From contig JALUEE010000030.1 of NCBI GenBank assembly GCA_027053075.1, forward strand, positions 1-53,036: a DNA stretch of 53,036 nucleotides. The letters run 5' to 3'. Numbering within the stretch: the stretch's first letter is position 1; each line of letters begins with the position of its first letter. Shown piece after piece: positions 1-9,246 of the stretch. This DNA is from a candidate division WOR-3 bacterium. GTDB taxonomy: Bacteria; Hydrothermota; Hydrothermia; B15-G9; WFZT01. The notes under the pieces are model-generated. The model made no database searches, was not told the origin of the DNA, and saw only the letters and a list, made by a program, of their open reading frames with translations. The position numbers were made by a program, and so were the translations under genes.

Positions 1-99
1 GAGAGGATTTTATGAATATATTTTGAGAAGAATGAATAGTCATGCATGTCTATATTGTTACACATTTTACGAGTAATGTCAAGTAGTAATACATAATTT

Positions 100-313
100 T
101 CCCAAAATTCGTGGGTGAGGTCAGGGGTTAGGGGAGAATGGGAAAAAATAAATGAACTCAAAATCTTGCCGGCCATAATTTCCCCATTCCACCCCTGCCC
201 TCCCTTCCCCAGGGAAGGGAGGGTGAAAAGACCTGAATCATTGAATAACATATTTTTCATCATCACGTACTCCATGAAAATGGAAGACCGAGGTGACGTT
301 TTCGAACAGGCTC
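100..313. repeat. Composite palindromic element at the left flank of the cas operon
   Basis: 100-124 matches revcomp 8566-8590 at 22/25; contains family-B repeats at 121-150 and 181-223; ends in TTTTCGAACAGGCTC, the MITE terminus. Confidence 0.7.
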
Positions 314-493
314 AGTGGTCCAACCCACAAAATTTCCGAACATCTGATATTGTACATAGGCTTTATGTCCCTATGTGAAAAGTTAAGGGTAAATTTATAA
401 TGCTTAATCCCACAAAAGCCACCTTTATTTTTCTAACCTGTTCATAGCTCAAAAAGGGTGAAGTACAAATCCACGTACGCACAAGTGGCCTCT

Positions 494-757
494 CTACAGG
501 AAATTTTCTCCGCCGGCCTTTTCTATTCCCATCAACTCCCTCTCAAAATAGCTCTTTGTCCTGAATTTGTAAAATATGATGGAGTCGGTCTCTTTATCAA
601 TTATCCTGTGAAGCTCTGCCTTGAGTCTCTCCAGCTGGGCCCGGGTCAGCTCTCCTTCAAGCACTGAGTTCTGAACCCAATTGAGGTACTTTCTTGCCGT
701 TCTAAGAACCTTTGCAACCCTCTCTTCCGAGATGTCATAGACCATTATTACAAACAT
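494..757 (-). CDS. cas2: CRISPR-associated endoribonuclease Cas2
   Basis: MFVIMVYDISEERVAKV...WVQNSVLEGEL motif; the ATG at 757 overlaps the cas1 stop (TGATG). Confidence 0.95.
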   Translation of the reverse strand: MFVIMVYDISEERVAKVLRTARKYLNWVQNSVLEGELTRAQLERLKAELHRIIDKETDSIIFYKFRTKSYFERELMGIEKAGGENFL

Positions 758-1752
758 CACCACCTCACAACGAAGGGATGATACTCTCCATCACCTAAAA
801 AGTGTTTTTCAAGCTTGTAGAGCTCGAGTCTCACAAAACGTCTGTATGACACGTTTCTCCCAAGTCCCCTGTGCTTCAAAGTAGTTGAAAGTCGCCTTTC
901 CCATTCCTCGAGAAAAATTCTCTGGCCATTCTCTTTCAAATAAATTCCTCCAAGCTCGTTACGGAAATGGGAAGGCTTAAGCATCCGTTTATTCAGAAGA
1001 TAAAAAATCGCGCGATCAACAAGCACAGGTTTAAAAACTTCAGCCACATCAAGATTCAACGTGAATCTACGGAAGTTTGTGGAATGCAGGTAACCGATCC
1101 TCGGATCAAGGTGAGTTTTGTAAATCTCCGACAGTACGAGAACATAAAGAAGGCTATTGCCGAAACTTACGAGGGCATTGAGCCTGTTCCCCGGCGGTCT
1201 CCTCGTCCTCGAGCCAAATTCAAACTCGGGATTATTTAGAATTCTATCGAAACTGTTGTAATAAACCTCTCTTGCATTACCCTCAATGGCCATAAGCTCG
1301 TTCACAGAACCGGTTGAAGGAATAGTTTCGAAATGCCGGTTTATAACGGATATTATGTCCTGCAGGTCAACACCACGATTGTTGTAATAGGTGAGAACTT
1401 TCAGGATATTGCGGACTGAGCCTTTGACAAATCTTTTAGCGAGGTCGAGCCTTTTTGCCTCATCGAGATAAAACTCAGCCTGTTTGAGGATGATCATTCC
1501 TGAATTGTAGTGCTCCCTTGGATAATAGGTTCCGACATAATAACCGTGATGGTTGAAGAAATGTACAATTATCTCCTTCTGGGTCAGGTATTCAAGGAGC
1601 TTCTTGTTCAGTGAAACTTCCCCAAAAATGTAAATCTCACTCGTCGCCTCAATGGGGATATACTTCCTTTTTCCATCTTTTCGCTCAAAGTAGAGCGTAT
1701 TTTGCTTCCTTCTGATCTCACCACTCGAAAATATGTAAAGCGCCTTTTTCAT
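757..1752 (-). CDS. cas1: CRISPR-associated integrase Cas1, type I-B
   Basis: IHFFNxxGYYVGTYYPRE, IEGNAREVYY, NALVSFGN, GYLH and DVAEVFKP motifs. Confidence 0.97.
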   Translation of the reverse strand: MKKALYIFSSGEIRRKQNTLYFERKDGKRKYIPIEATSEIYIFGEVSLNKKLLEYLTQKEIIVHFFNHHGYYVGTYYPREHYNSGMIILKQAEFYLDEAKRLDLAKRFVKGSVRNILKVLTYYNNRGVDLQDIISVINRHFETIPSTGSVNELMAIEGNAREVYYNSFDRILNNPEFEFGSRTRRPPGNRLNALVSFGNSLLYVLVLSEIYKTHLDPRIGYLHSTNFRRFTLNLDVAEVFKPVLVDRAIFYLLNKRMLKPSHFRNELGGIYLKENGQRIFLEEWERRLSTTLKHRGLGRNVSYRRFVRLELYKLEKHFLGDGEYHPFVVRW

Positions 1753-2006
1753 AGGAGAATGCCCTTAGAGAAATATCTTATAAATTCGTACTTATTAACT
1801 TTTTCAAATCTTCTTAATGCCATCATCTTTTTGGCTAAAATATTTGCCAGAGAGCTGCCCGCTGAACACACGATCCTCATATTGACAACCGGTTTGGGTT
1901 TACTTTCGAATGTCACCCTATTCAGGTTTCCTGTTTTCGGCAGTGCATTAACTATTTTTTCGTGCGTTGATCCGTACCTTTTATGATGAGTTTCTATGAG
2001 CCTCAC
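1749..2006 (-). CDS. Unknown basic 85-aa protein between cas4 and cas1
   Basis: The GTG directly follows the cas4 TAA, with GAGGGGG upstream; the stop overlaps the cas1 start (ATGA); no recognisable motif. Confidence 0.5.
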   Translation of the reverse strand: MRLIETHHKRYGSTHEKIVNALPKTGNLNRVTFESKPKPVVNMRIVCSAGSSLANILAKKMMALRRFEKVNKYEFIRYFSKGILL

Positions 2007-2516
2007 TTATTCCCCCTCGTCCGACCAGCAAAATTCGAAGAAAGAGCACGTGCGACAGTATTTAATCCTTCTGGCAGGCGGCGGTTCATCCTTGAGGAGC
2101 ATGGGAGCCATACGTCTCAGTATCTCTTCAATCCTGTGTTCCAGCTCTTCTGTGAGTTTCACCTTTTCGGTCTTTCGCTCCTTTGGAAAAAGCAAAATTC
2201 CTTCAAAGGTCAGGCCTTTTTCATGCTTCAGGTAATAGAGATAATAGGCGAGCTGTAGTTTTGCCGCCTCGATGTGTCTTGAGGATTTCTTTACCTCGGC
2301 GACGAGTTCGCCCCTAAAAAGGTCAATTTTAAGCAACTGGTCAACAAAAATTTCCTTTCGATCCCTTTCATAAGACCTTTCGTGAATCAGACGGCCAAGG
2401 GCAAGGTATTCGTGATCCTGGTCAGATGTTACCGAGTGGTATTCCAGCCAGGCTTCGCGTGGACACGTCATGTATGCCTGGAAAACGTGTGGACTTATAA
2501 ATTTCATAGAAACCAT
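2007..2516 (-). CDS. cas4: CRISPR-associated nuclease Cas4
   Basis: N-terminal CPR, ID..EVKKS, QLxxY and C-terminal CxxCx5C Fe-S ligands. Confidence 0.95.
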   Translation of the reverse strand: MVSMKFISPHVFQAYMTCPREAWLEYHSVTSDQDHEYLALGRLIHERSYERDRKEIFVDQLLKIDLFRGELVAEVKKSSRHIEAAKLQLAYYLYYLKHEKGLTFEGILLFPKERKTEKVKLTEELEHRIEEILRRMAPMLLKDEPPPARRIKYCRTCSFFEFCWSDEGE

Positions 2517-4876
2517 GCCGCGTGCTCAATTTTTCTCGAAAATCCCGTATCCTCTCGATAGATTTCACTAAACTTAGGATGCGATCGTGGAAGCCACAAA
2601 AAGCCTGAAGCATAAGGGAGTTGTGTAACACCTACCTCAGCGGCCACCTGCAAAGGTACATTAACCACATATCCCCAGAGATCATGAGAAAGGGTCTTAA
2701 AAAGCTTTCTGCGATTCATCCTCTCCTCATAATTCTCCGGGTGAAGCCTCTCAAGTCCTTCAAGCTTCCTGACAATTTCACCCGCCCTATCATCAAATTC
2801 CACAAAGACAGGGACCTGGGCAAAAGAAGTCTCTATCAAATTAAACATCCCCACCTCATCGTAGTTCATAGCCTCCACTTTCTTAAGAAATTCAATGTCC
2901 TGGGGCTTCCTGCCCTCCTTTCTCAGCTTGAAAAAGTAATCCTCTACCAGTTTCAGGTAATCCTTCTCAGGGAGTGAGTAATGAGGCCTGATAATTTCCT
3001 CAGTCGTTTCTATCAGCACTCCATCATAGATAAAACTCGCAAGTCTCCGCCCGCTACCATTCTCTGTAACAAGCTTTACGAGGAACACCTTTCCCCCGGA
3101 ACTGCTTAAGCTATTTCTGTTGCACCTTCCAGCAGCCTGAATTATTGAGTCAAAAGGGGCGAGATCGCGGATCACAACGTCAAAGTCAAGGTCTACACCT
3201 GCTTCAACCACCTGTGTGGCAATGAGCGCCACTCCCTCGTCTTTGTCGAGTTTTTCCTTAATCTCCTCTATCCGTCTTTCACGGTGAACGGGTATGAGAG
3301 ATGCAGAAAGGAAGTAAAGGTTGAAATCGCTCAGTCTCTCCTTCAGTGCGCTGTAAACCTCCTGGGCAGAGCGAACAGTATTCATGACCACCATGAAACT
3401 CTTTGCAGATTCAACTCTTGGGATAAGCCAGTCATCCACCTCCGGGTAAGGAACAGGCTCAGACTTAACATTGAGCTCCGTCCTTGAAAGTTGATTAAAG
3501 AAGAATTCTTTCCGGGGTTTTGTTAGTTCCTCAGCATTTTCAAGCAAAGCTGGTCTTGTAGCGGTCATCAAAATAAATCTTGTGCCCCACTTCTCCCGTA
3601 AGAACTTGAGCGTCTTTTCAGTAACTTCCCAGTACTTTACAGGAATATTTTGCACCTCATCGAGTATGACAATACTGCCTGCCAATCTGTGTAGACGTCG
3701 CATTTCAGAACGTCTATTGGTGAAAAGTGTCTCAAAAAATCTAACAAAGGTGGTAACTATTATCTCTCCATCCCATGTTTCTACTCTGGTGTATGCTTTT
3801 TCGTACTGCTTTAAAAGTTCATCCGCCTGGTGTTCTTTTAAAATCTCTCCCTCTTCAAGGGATTTCCACACGTCTTCAACCCCAACCTGGCGGGAATCAC
3901 TGTTCACACCTGCTCTATGATGGTGTTTTAAGAGGATACTTTCTGTAATCCCTGAAAACTTCAGGACATCTCCGATAACCTTGAAGTTCTGGTCAATGAT
4001 ACTGGTAAATGGCAGCACGTAGATGATTCTTGGAGGTCTTCCTGACTCCTTTTTAAGCATGTTCCTCAATCGCACTGCCGCCGAAAAACCAGCGAAAGTT
4101 TTCCCTATCCCTGTAGGAGCTGTAAGAGACAGAAACTCAGCCTCAGGGCCGAATCTCTTTATATTTTGTATAACAGTTTTATAGAACTCCTGCCTCAAAT
4201 AGGTGATTGCTGAAGTTTTGGGTAGCGTCTCAATGTACCTGTCTACAATATCATCCGGGATTTCCTCTGCTTCCTCATTGGCTTCAAGGCCGATCACAGC
4301 CCTGATATCCGCATCCACCAGCATGCCGAGGAGGAGGTTTGTGGTGAAGTAAAGCTGTATATCACTTTTCAATTCATAATTGACTGCCCAGGAAAACTTC
4401 AGTCTAAAATCTTCAAAACCCGGTAGCAATTCACCCTCAAGCGAGAGACCAAGGCTTGATACAAGGTCTTTAAACTGCTTTAGATTGATAGACTTTACCT
4501 GCTCCTCGAGGTATTTCCATTCATGTTTTGGGGATATGAGATTTCCGGGGCTTGATAGATTTGAGTGATGAGCCCTAATTGACATAAATAGGGGCAGTTT
4601 CAAATTCAAAGGCAAGTGTTTTCCAAAGTGCCATACAGACAAAACTGCCGAAAGCAGGGCATGGGACGAAAGGGAAGGATTAACACTCTTTCCTTTTAAA
4701 TGATCCTGGAAGTATTTCGTGGACTTTCCAAGGTCATGTGACAGGGCAGCAAGCCGGGCGGTCTCGCAAAAGTCCCCATCCGCATAGAGTTCTGCGCAAA
4801 ACCGCCCGACGTTTTCCCCCACCTTTACCAGATGGTCTTTCAATCGAATTCCAGGATGAGAGTAAAGTTCCTCCAT
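2504..4876 (-). CDS. cas3: Cas3 HD nuclease-helicase fusion
   Basis: HL...HDLGK HD domain, APTGIGKT, DEVQ, TAT, TQVVEAGVDLD, QAAGRCNR. Confidence 0.97.
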   Translation of the reverse strand: MEELYSHPGIRLKDHLVKVGENVGRFCAELYADGDFCETARLAALSHDLGKSTKYFQDHLKGKSVNPSLSSHALLSAVLSVWHFGKHLPLNLKLPLFMSIRAHHSNLSSPGNLISPKHEWKYLEEQVKSINLKQFKDLVSSLGLSLEGELLPGFEDFRLKFSWAVNYELKSDIQLYFTTNLLLGMLVDADIRAVIGLEANEEAEEIPDDIVDRYIETLPKTSAITYLRQEFYKTVIQNIKRFGPEAEFLSLTAPTGIGKTFAGFSAAVRLRNMLKKESGRPPRIIYVLPFTSIIDQNFKVIGDVLKFSGITESILLKHHHRAGVNSDSRQVGVEDVWKSLEEGEILKEHQADELLKQYEKAYTRVETWDGEIIVTTFVRFFETLFTNRRSEMRRLHRLAGSIVILDEVQNIPVKYWEVTEKTLKFLREKWGTRFILMTATRPALLENAEELTKPRKEFFFNQLSRTELNVKSEPVPYPEVDDWLIPRVESAKSFMVVMNTVRSAQEVYSALKERLSDFNLYFLSASLIPVHRERRIEEIKEKLDKDEGVALIATQVVEAGVDLDFDVVIRDLAPFDSIIQAAGRCNRNSLSSSGGKVFLVKLVTENGSGRRLASFIYDGVLIETTEEIIRPHYSLPEKDYLKLVEDYFFKLRKEGRKPQDIEFLKKVEAMNYDEVGMFNLIETSFAQVPVFVEFDDRAGEIVRKLEGLERLHPENYEERMNRRKLFKTLSHDLWGYVVNVPLQVAAEVGVTQLPYASGFLWLPRSHPKFSEIYREDTGFSRKIEHAAWFL

Positions 4877-5628
4877 TACCCGATAAACGAAAAAGCGCTA
4901 TCCTCTGTTCCAGGATAAATCATGGCTCCATCCACGTTAGCAAGAATCGGCTTTGCATAAGGATTAAACAAAATCTCCCCGCTTTCAATCCTCACCCTTT
5001 CCGAGTTTATAAAAAGTGGAATCCTCTCCTTTACAATCCCTGTGTCATCTTGAAGTTTAAATTCTTTAAGGTCACTGACCAAAACGGCAGAAACAAGATG
5101 GCTAAGTCCATTAGCGGGCTCCACGTCTTCGTCCCACTGAAACTCAAAATTCGCTATACATTCTGAGATACCAAGATAAGGGGTATAAACACTTCTATGC
5201 TCCTTCAACCTGCTCGATAGGTCATCGGAAAGTGCATCATCTTTATGATGAAAGAAGATCTCGTATGCAGGGTCCTTTATAAACTCCATTCTTATCTGTG
5301 TGTGGAGTCTTGGGTTCCCGTGACCATCACTTTTAACAACTGGACGAAATTTTTTGAAATCAATCTGCACCCAGCTGCCGTCTTTTGTATCCATGTAGTT
5401 CACACCAAGACGAATCTTTTTTACCGGGTTTAAAAGTCTTACACCTATTTTTGCATTCTCCGGTGAGAGAATCTGTGGGTACTCTTCTCGGCCAAGTCCC
5501 AGAATAGCGGCGATGATTCCCCTCAAGGCACTCGGGGGTGGTATCGAGTGAGTAAGAGGAGAGCTCGTCGTGTAATGCCGCCTGAAATGGGCAAAATCCC
5601 CCCAGAGTTTAAAAGAAATCACTCTCAT
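4876..5628 (-). CDS. cas5: Cas5, type I-B
   Basis: WGDFAHFRR..TTSSPLT.SIPPPSALRGIIAAILG; YTPYLG. Confidence 0.95.
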   Translation of the reverse strand: MRVISFKLWGDFAHFRRHYTTSSPLTHSIPPPSALRGIIAAILGLGREEYPQILSPENAKIGVRLLNPVKKIRLGVNYMDTKDGSWVQIDFKKFRPVVKSDGHGNPRLHTQIRMEFIKDPAYEIFFHHKDDALSDDLSSRLKEHRSVYTPYLGISECIANFEFQWDEDVEPANGLSHLVSAVLVSDLKEFKLQDDTGIVKERIPLFINSERVRIESGEILFNPYAKPILANVDGAMIYPGTEDSAFSFIG

Positions 5629-6542
5629 GATAGATTTAGCATTTTGACTCTATCTTCACCTAAAATGGCCCTTAAATCTGCAACCACATCAGGCTCAGTA
5701 GAAAGGCGCTCATGGATTGCCAGCTCCACATGGTCAATCTTATCCTTGTGAGCGGAAATAGCTTTTAAGAGTTCTTCAACGTTGAGTTTTCCTTCGCTTA
5801 TATCCCTCACCTGCTCTTCCCTTTTTCCATCCGCGGGGAACCATTTAACAAGTTTATCAAGCTCCCCAATGTAAAAGTCCGTACCCTCTTTGTAGACTAT
5901 TCTAAGAAGCATTCTCGGCATCTGGCCAAACTTGCTCCGTGTGATCAAATCCTTCGTACCATTCCACATGGCTTCTACCATGAGGTCAAGGTCTTCATCT
6001 CTCAGGTGAGTTGTACTCGCTGCATTTTCGTTGGCAACACCGTAAAAGGCAATAAAAGCGTAAGGGACAATCCATTCCTCACGGAAAGTTCCCTGCTTTT
6101 TACCCTCTTTAGATGGCATGACCGTGGTTCCCTTTATAAGAACCGGTCCGTCAACTCTGTGCAATGTGCGTCCAAACTTAAACTGTACAGGTCCTGTCCA
6201 CGTAATAGTCTTGCCCTTTATCGCAGTAGTGGCTCCAAAAAGTCTCATATCTATGCATTTTTCAAGTATGAGCTCAGGGTCATCCTTAAAATCTGCAGAA
6301 CGGTCTTCCTTGGTTCTCAGATTACCTTCCTCATCCTTCATCTCTCTGATGAATACATCGAGTCCCTTCACCGTATGGAGATAATCGCGAATAGTTCTTT
6401 TCAACCTCACATCTGTCACAATAACCTGTCCGGTCTCTTCATCCACTCGTGGTTTGTTTTCATCGAGTGGGTCCCCGTTTGGATTTGCGTCCTTTACATC
6501 GTAAAGGAACAGAAACTCTGATCTGTTTTTGAGATAGCTCAT
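5625..6542 (-). CDS. cas7: Cas7 (Csh2-type), type I-B
   Basis: DANPNGDP..NKPR, TDVRLKRTIRDY, IDMRLFG, TGPVQF, TRSK.GQ. Confidence 0.95.
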   Translation of the reverse strand: MSYLKNRSEFLFLYDVKDANPNGDPLDENKPRVDEETGQVIVTDVRLKRTIRDYLHTVKGLDVFIREMKDEEGNLRTKEDRSADFKDDPELILEKCIDMRLFGATTAIKGKTITWTGPVQFKFGRTLHRVDGPVLIKGTTVMPSKEGKKQGTFREEWIVPYAFIAFYGVANENAASTTHLRDEDLDLMVEAMWNGTKDLITRSKFGQMPRMLLRIVYKEGTDFYIGELDKLVKWFPADGKREEQVRDISEGKLNVEELLKAISAHKDKIDHVELAIHERLSTEPDVVADLRAILGEDRVKMLNLS

Positions 6543-6554
6543 ACCATACCTCCT

Positions 6555-8306
6555 TTAATTGCTTAAAATCTCTTCACTTTCCTGGGCCCTTGAGAATATC
6601 GGATGAGAATACAGGGCCATCCCAACAGCTATATAAAATCCAATCTCTTCCGGGGAAAGTGGCCATTTATCACCGGCCTCAATGAAGCTCAGGCTTACGC
6701 CTTCTCGAAGCTTCGGCCACTTGTGACCGATTCCATACTCATTCATTTTGTTTTGAAGTGAAACATAGAGCTTTTTCACATCACCCTGATCGAGCCTCAG
6801 GTTTTTCAGGACCTTGATAAATGGAGTCGAACCGCGCTGGTCGTACTGATACCTCAGGAACTTCTGCACCAGTGCTCCCAGAAGCACCAGACCTCTTTTT
6901 GCTGGATGATTGAAGAAATCTCCATGACTATCGAAGAATTCCTTATATGGTAAATTCTCCATTTCAATACCTCCTGTTCTCCTTTTTAAAACACCCCAGT
7001 TAAGTAAAAATTCCAGTGATAACAGGGTTTCCAGAACTGTCCACCATGGAATTTCCCCCTGATCACCGGTCTCGAGTGTATCTTTACTAATTCGTGACAT
7101 GGCTTTTGAAATTAAATATCTCTCATCAATAAAAGAGCGCCTGAAAACCTTGTCAACGAGCATATAAAAATCTTCATCCGAAAATCCGGGTTTTTGAGGA
7201 GTTTCTTTGAGATTCCTCGATGTAAAGAAATTAAACGTCAGCTTTTTCTTCAAATGTACGGCATCGAAAATCGAGTCATTGAAGTTATTTTCGGTCTCTG
7301 CCTTTACTGAAACATACTGCCTTAGAATAGACGGAAGAACTTCCTCTATGTGCAAAAGAATTCGAAATGCCTGGTTATTTCTTTCAGTGAAGACAAAGTG
7401 GTAGGAGTAAGCGTCCTCCTGTTTGGATGCTTCATAGAGCAAAAAGTCCTCGAAATCTTCGTATTCCTCCTTGTAAGTCTTACCTGAAGTTTTTTGATGG
7501 AATATCCTAAATCTGTCAATCACGTTTCTCAAATTAGTCGTAGAAACAGGTAGTAACCAGAAATCTTTTCCATAAAAATTCCAAGTAAGAAAGTCATCCA
7601 CTGCCCTTTTCCCTCGCTCGAGGTCAAAAATACAATCTTCGCAGAGTGCATACTGTTTCCACGCCACTCTCGGATCAATCTGAGGTGCGTATCCGTATTT
7701 ATCAACTGTATAGAATTTCATTAAAATGCCTACCCCACCATAAACTGTGGTCTCTTTTCCACATCCGTGGCAAATCCCGTGCTTTTTCCAGATCGTCTTT
7801 CCCCCATAACTGCCGAGACGCTCAAGAAAACTCTCCACAAAACTCTCTCTCAATCTTTTATTCTCAGCGGGCCATTCACCATCTATTTTGAGAACCACGA
7901 GGACCGGGACATTTTTTCCAAGAGTACCACCTGATTTCAGCTCATCGAGCTTTTGTTCAATTGCTTCGGCAATTTTCTCAATATCAGCGTTATAACCAAG
8001 CAATTCGAGAATCTTCAGTCTCTGTCTGAGTGCTGATGGTTTCCCGGGAAGTTTAAAGCTCAAAGAAGGCGCAGGCCCCTGGGAGGCCGGAGGATTCCTG
8101 AAGAAATACTTTGAATAAACTTCATTCTCCGAATACCCGCTAAGCCAAATTCCTTCACCCCTTAGACCTTCTTCATAGCTTCTCAAATCTACGACAAGAA
8201 CCTGGGGTTCTTTTTTGACCTTCTTTGATGGATACGGAACTTCTACAATGGGTAGGGGATAAAGGTCCTTTACACTCCTGCCTATCTCAATCAATGCATT
8301 GATCAT
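6555..8306 (-). CDS. cas8b: Cas8b (Csh1/TM1802-like) large subunit, type I-B
   Basis: CxxC...FYTVDKYG...LCxxC; C-terminal helical Cas11-like region (LLGALV..L..Q); position upstream of cas7. Confidence 0.88.
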   Translation of the reverse strand: MINALIEIGRSVKDLYPLPIVEVPYPSKKVKKEPQVLVVDLRSYEEGLRGEGIWLSGYSENEVYSKYFFRNPPASQGPAPSLSFKLPGKPSALRQRLKILELLGYNADIEKIAEAIEQKLDELKSGGTLGKNVPVLVVLKIDGEWPAENKRLRESFVESFLERLGSYGGKTIWKKHGICHGCGKETTVYGGVGILMKFYTVDKYGYAPQIDPRVAWKQYALCEDCIFDLERGKRAVDDFLTWNFYGKDFWLLPVSTTNLRNVIDRFRIFHQKTSGKTYKEEYEDFEDFLLYEASKQEDAYSYHFVFTERNNQAFRILLHIEEVLPSILRQYVSVKAETENNFNDSIFDAVHLKKKLTFNFFTSRNLKETPQKPGFSDEDFYMLVDKVFRRSFIDERYLISKAMSRISKDTLETGDQGEIPWWTVLETLLSLEFLLNWGVLKRRTGGIEMENLPYKEFFDSHGDFFNHPAKRGLVLLGALVQKFLRYQYDQRGSTPFIKVLKNLRLDQGDVKKLYVSLQNKMNEYGIGHKWPKLREGVSLSFIEAGDKWPLSPEEIGFYIAVGMALYSHPIFSRAQESEEILSN

Positions 8307-8476
8307 GGGTTCCTCCCTCCAGGATATAGAGAAGTGTTTCTATCAATATTTTTACCTCCTGCTCTTTGAAAGTAATTCTAATGGATGTGAGTTTGGATTG
8401 CAAACACTTTTATTGGTTCACATAAAATCGAAATAAATTTTGGCGTATTGCTGGGATAAAATCCGGCAGTTTAATT

Positions 8477-8590
8477 GAGTCTATTCGAAAAAATCATTGA
8501 TTTTATAAGATGAATACCCCCTCCCATCCTCCCCCACGCACTGTGCGTGGGGGAGGATGGGAGGGCTGACGTCACCCACGAATTTCTGGA
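8477..8590. repeat. Composite palindromic element at the right flank of the cas operon
   Basis: Starts GAGTCTATTCGAAAAAATC (compare GAGCCTGTTCGAAAAAATC at 9247); 23-bp perfect palindrome at 8519-8565; ends CTGACGTCACCCACGAATTTCTGGA. Confidence 0.7.
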
Positions 8591-8829
8591 TAATAACACC
8601 TTATTCCTTGCTATGGCTTCAAAAAGGTGTACTACGCTCAATATTTGAACATTCCCTTTATGCGGTATAAACGAATATATTCTTCCGATAAAATTGTTGA
8701 TTTAATGCGCAAAATTGAAATTCTCGCCCAGATTGCATTGTATAAATATACATGGCAAGCAAAAACATGGGTGATGTCAGGATGGGAGGGGGGCGAGCAG
8801 TTCCAATTTAACTTGGGCGAAAACCTTCG

Positions 8830-9116
8830 CTATGCTCGAAGCATTCCTTTTACATTCTGGACGAGATAGACAGGCAAAAATACAAACTCTGTGTTTTCTC
8901 GCTTCTGGACCGATAAGTTTCCTCTATGAAGCAGAAAAGCTAAGTCAGGATTGTATTTTTTAGCAAAACTAATGAGAGATTTTCCCGGGGATTTAGCAAC
9001 AGAGGATTTTACCTCTATGGGGATCAATTTTCCCTGTTCCTCTATCACAAAATCCACCTCTGCCCCACCCTTGGATTTCCAGAATTTAATTTCAAAACCA
9101 CCAATAACCTTTCTAT
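8830..9116 (-). pseudogene. C-terminal remnant of an AAA+ ATPase with a DUF4143 nuclease-like domain
   Basis: Frame reads GGFEIKFWKSKGGAEVDFVIE...IPIEVKS; an in-frame stop lies just upstream and there is no ATPase domain. Confidence 0.75.
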
Positions 9117-9162
9117 TTTAGCAAATTTTTCAAAAATAGCAGGGTTATTTAATATTTGCTCC

Positions 9163-9215
9163 AAATTTAAGGTGATGGCCCACGCACTTTGTGCGTGGGC
9201 CATCACCTTAAATTT
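9163..9215. repeat. Perfect 25-bp-stem hairpin, CGCAC-core family A
   Basis: AAATTTAAGGTGATGGCCCACGCAC-TTT-GTGCGTGGGCCATCACCTTAAATTT. Confidence 0.95.
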
Positions 9216-9246
9216 CTCACAACACCAAAACATCTTCTCCTGCCCT

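Noticed and set aside
115..378. 87-aa ORF, and similar ORFs at 9045-9269, 9275-9469, 9686-9947, 24726-24923, 34355-34720 and 40839-41027
   Set aside because: They are translations of the palindromic repeats (Pro/Gly/Arg-rich, shared pseudo-motifs such as THFVRG and GVRGEW) with no protein signatures.
1..493. CRISPR array or leader downstream of cas2
   Set aside because: No regularly spaced 28-37-nt direct repeats. Only palindromic elements and one ACATAGG/CCTATGT hairpin (~354-376) are present.
8307..8830. cas6 gene or CreTA-type toxin-antitoxin RNA upstream of cas8b
   Set aside because: No ORF with the Gly-rich Cas6 loop. The mini-ORF has no tandem rare codons plus hairpin, and no pair of repeat-like sequences can be shown without the cognate repeat.
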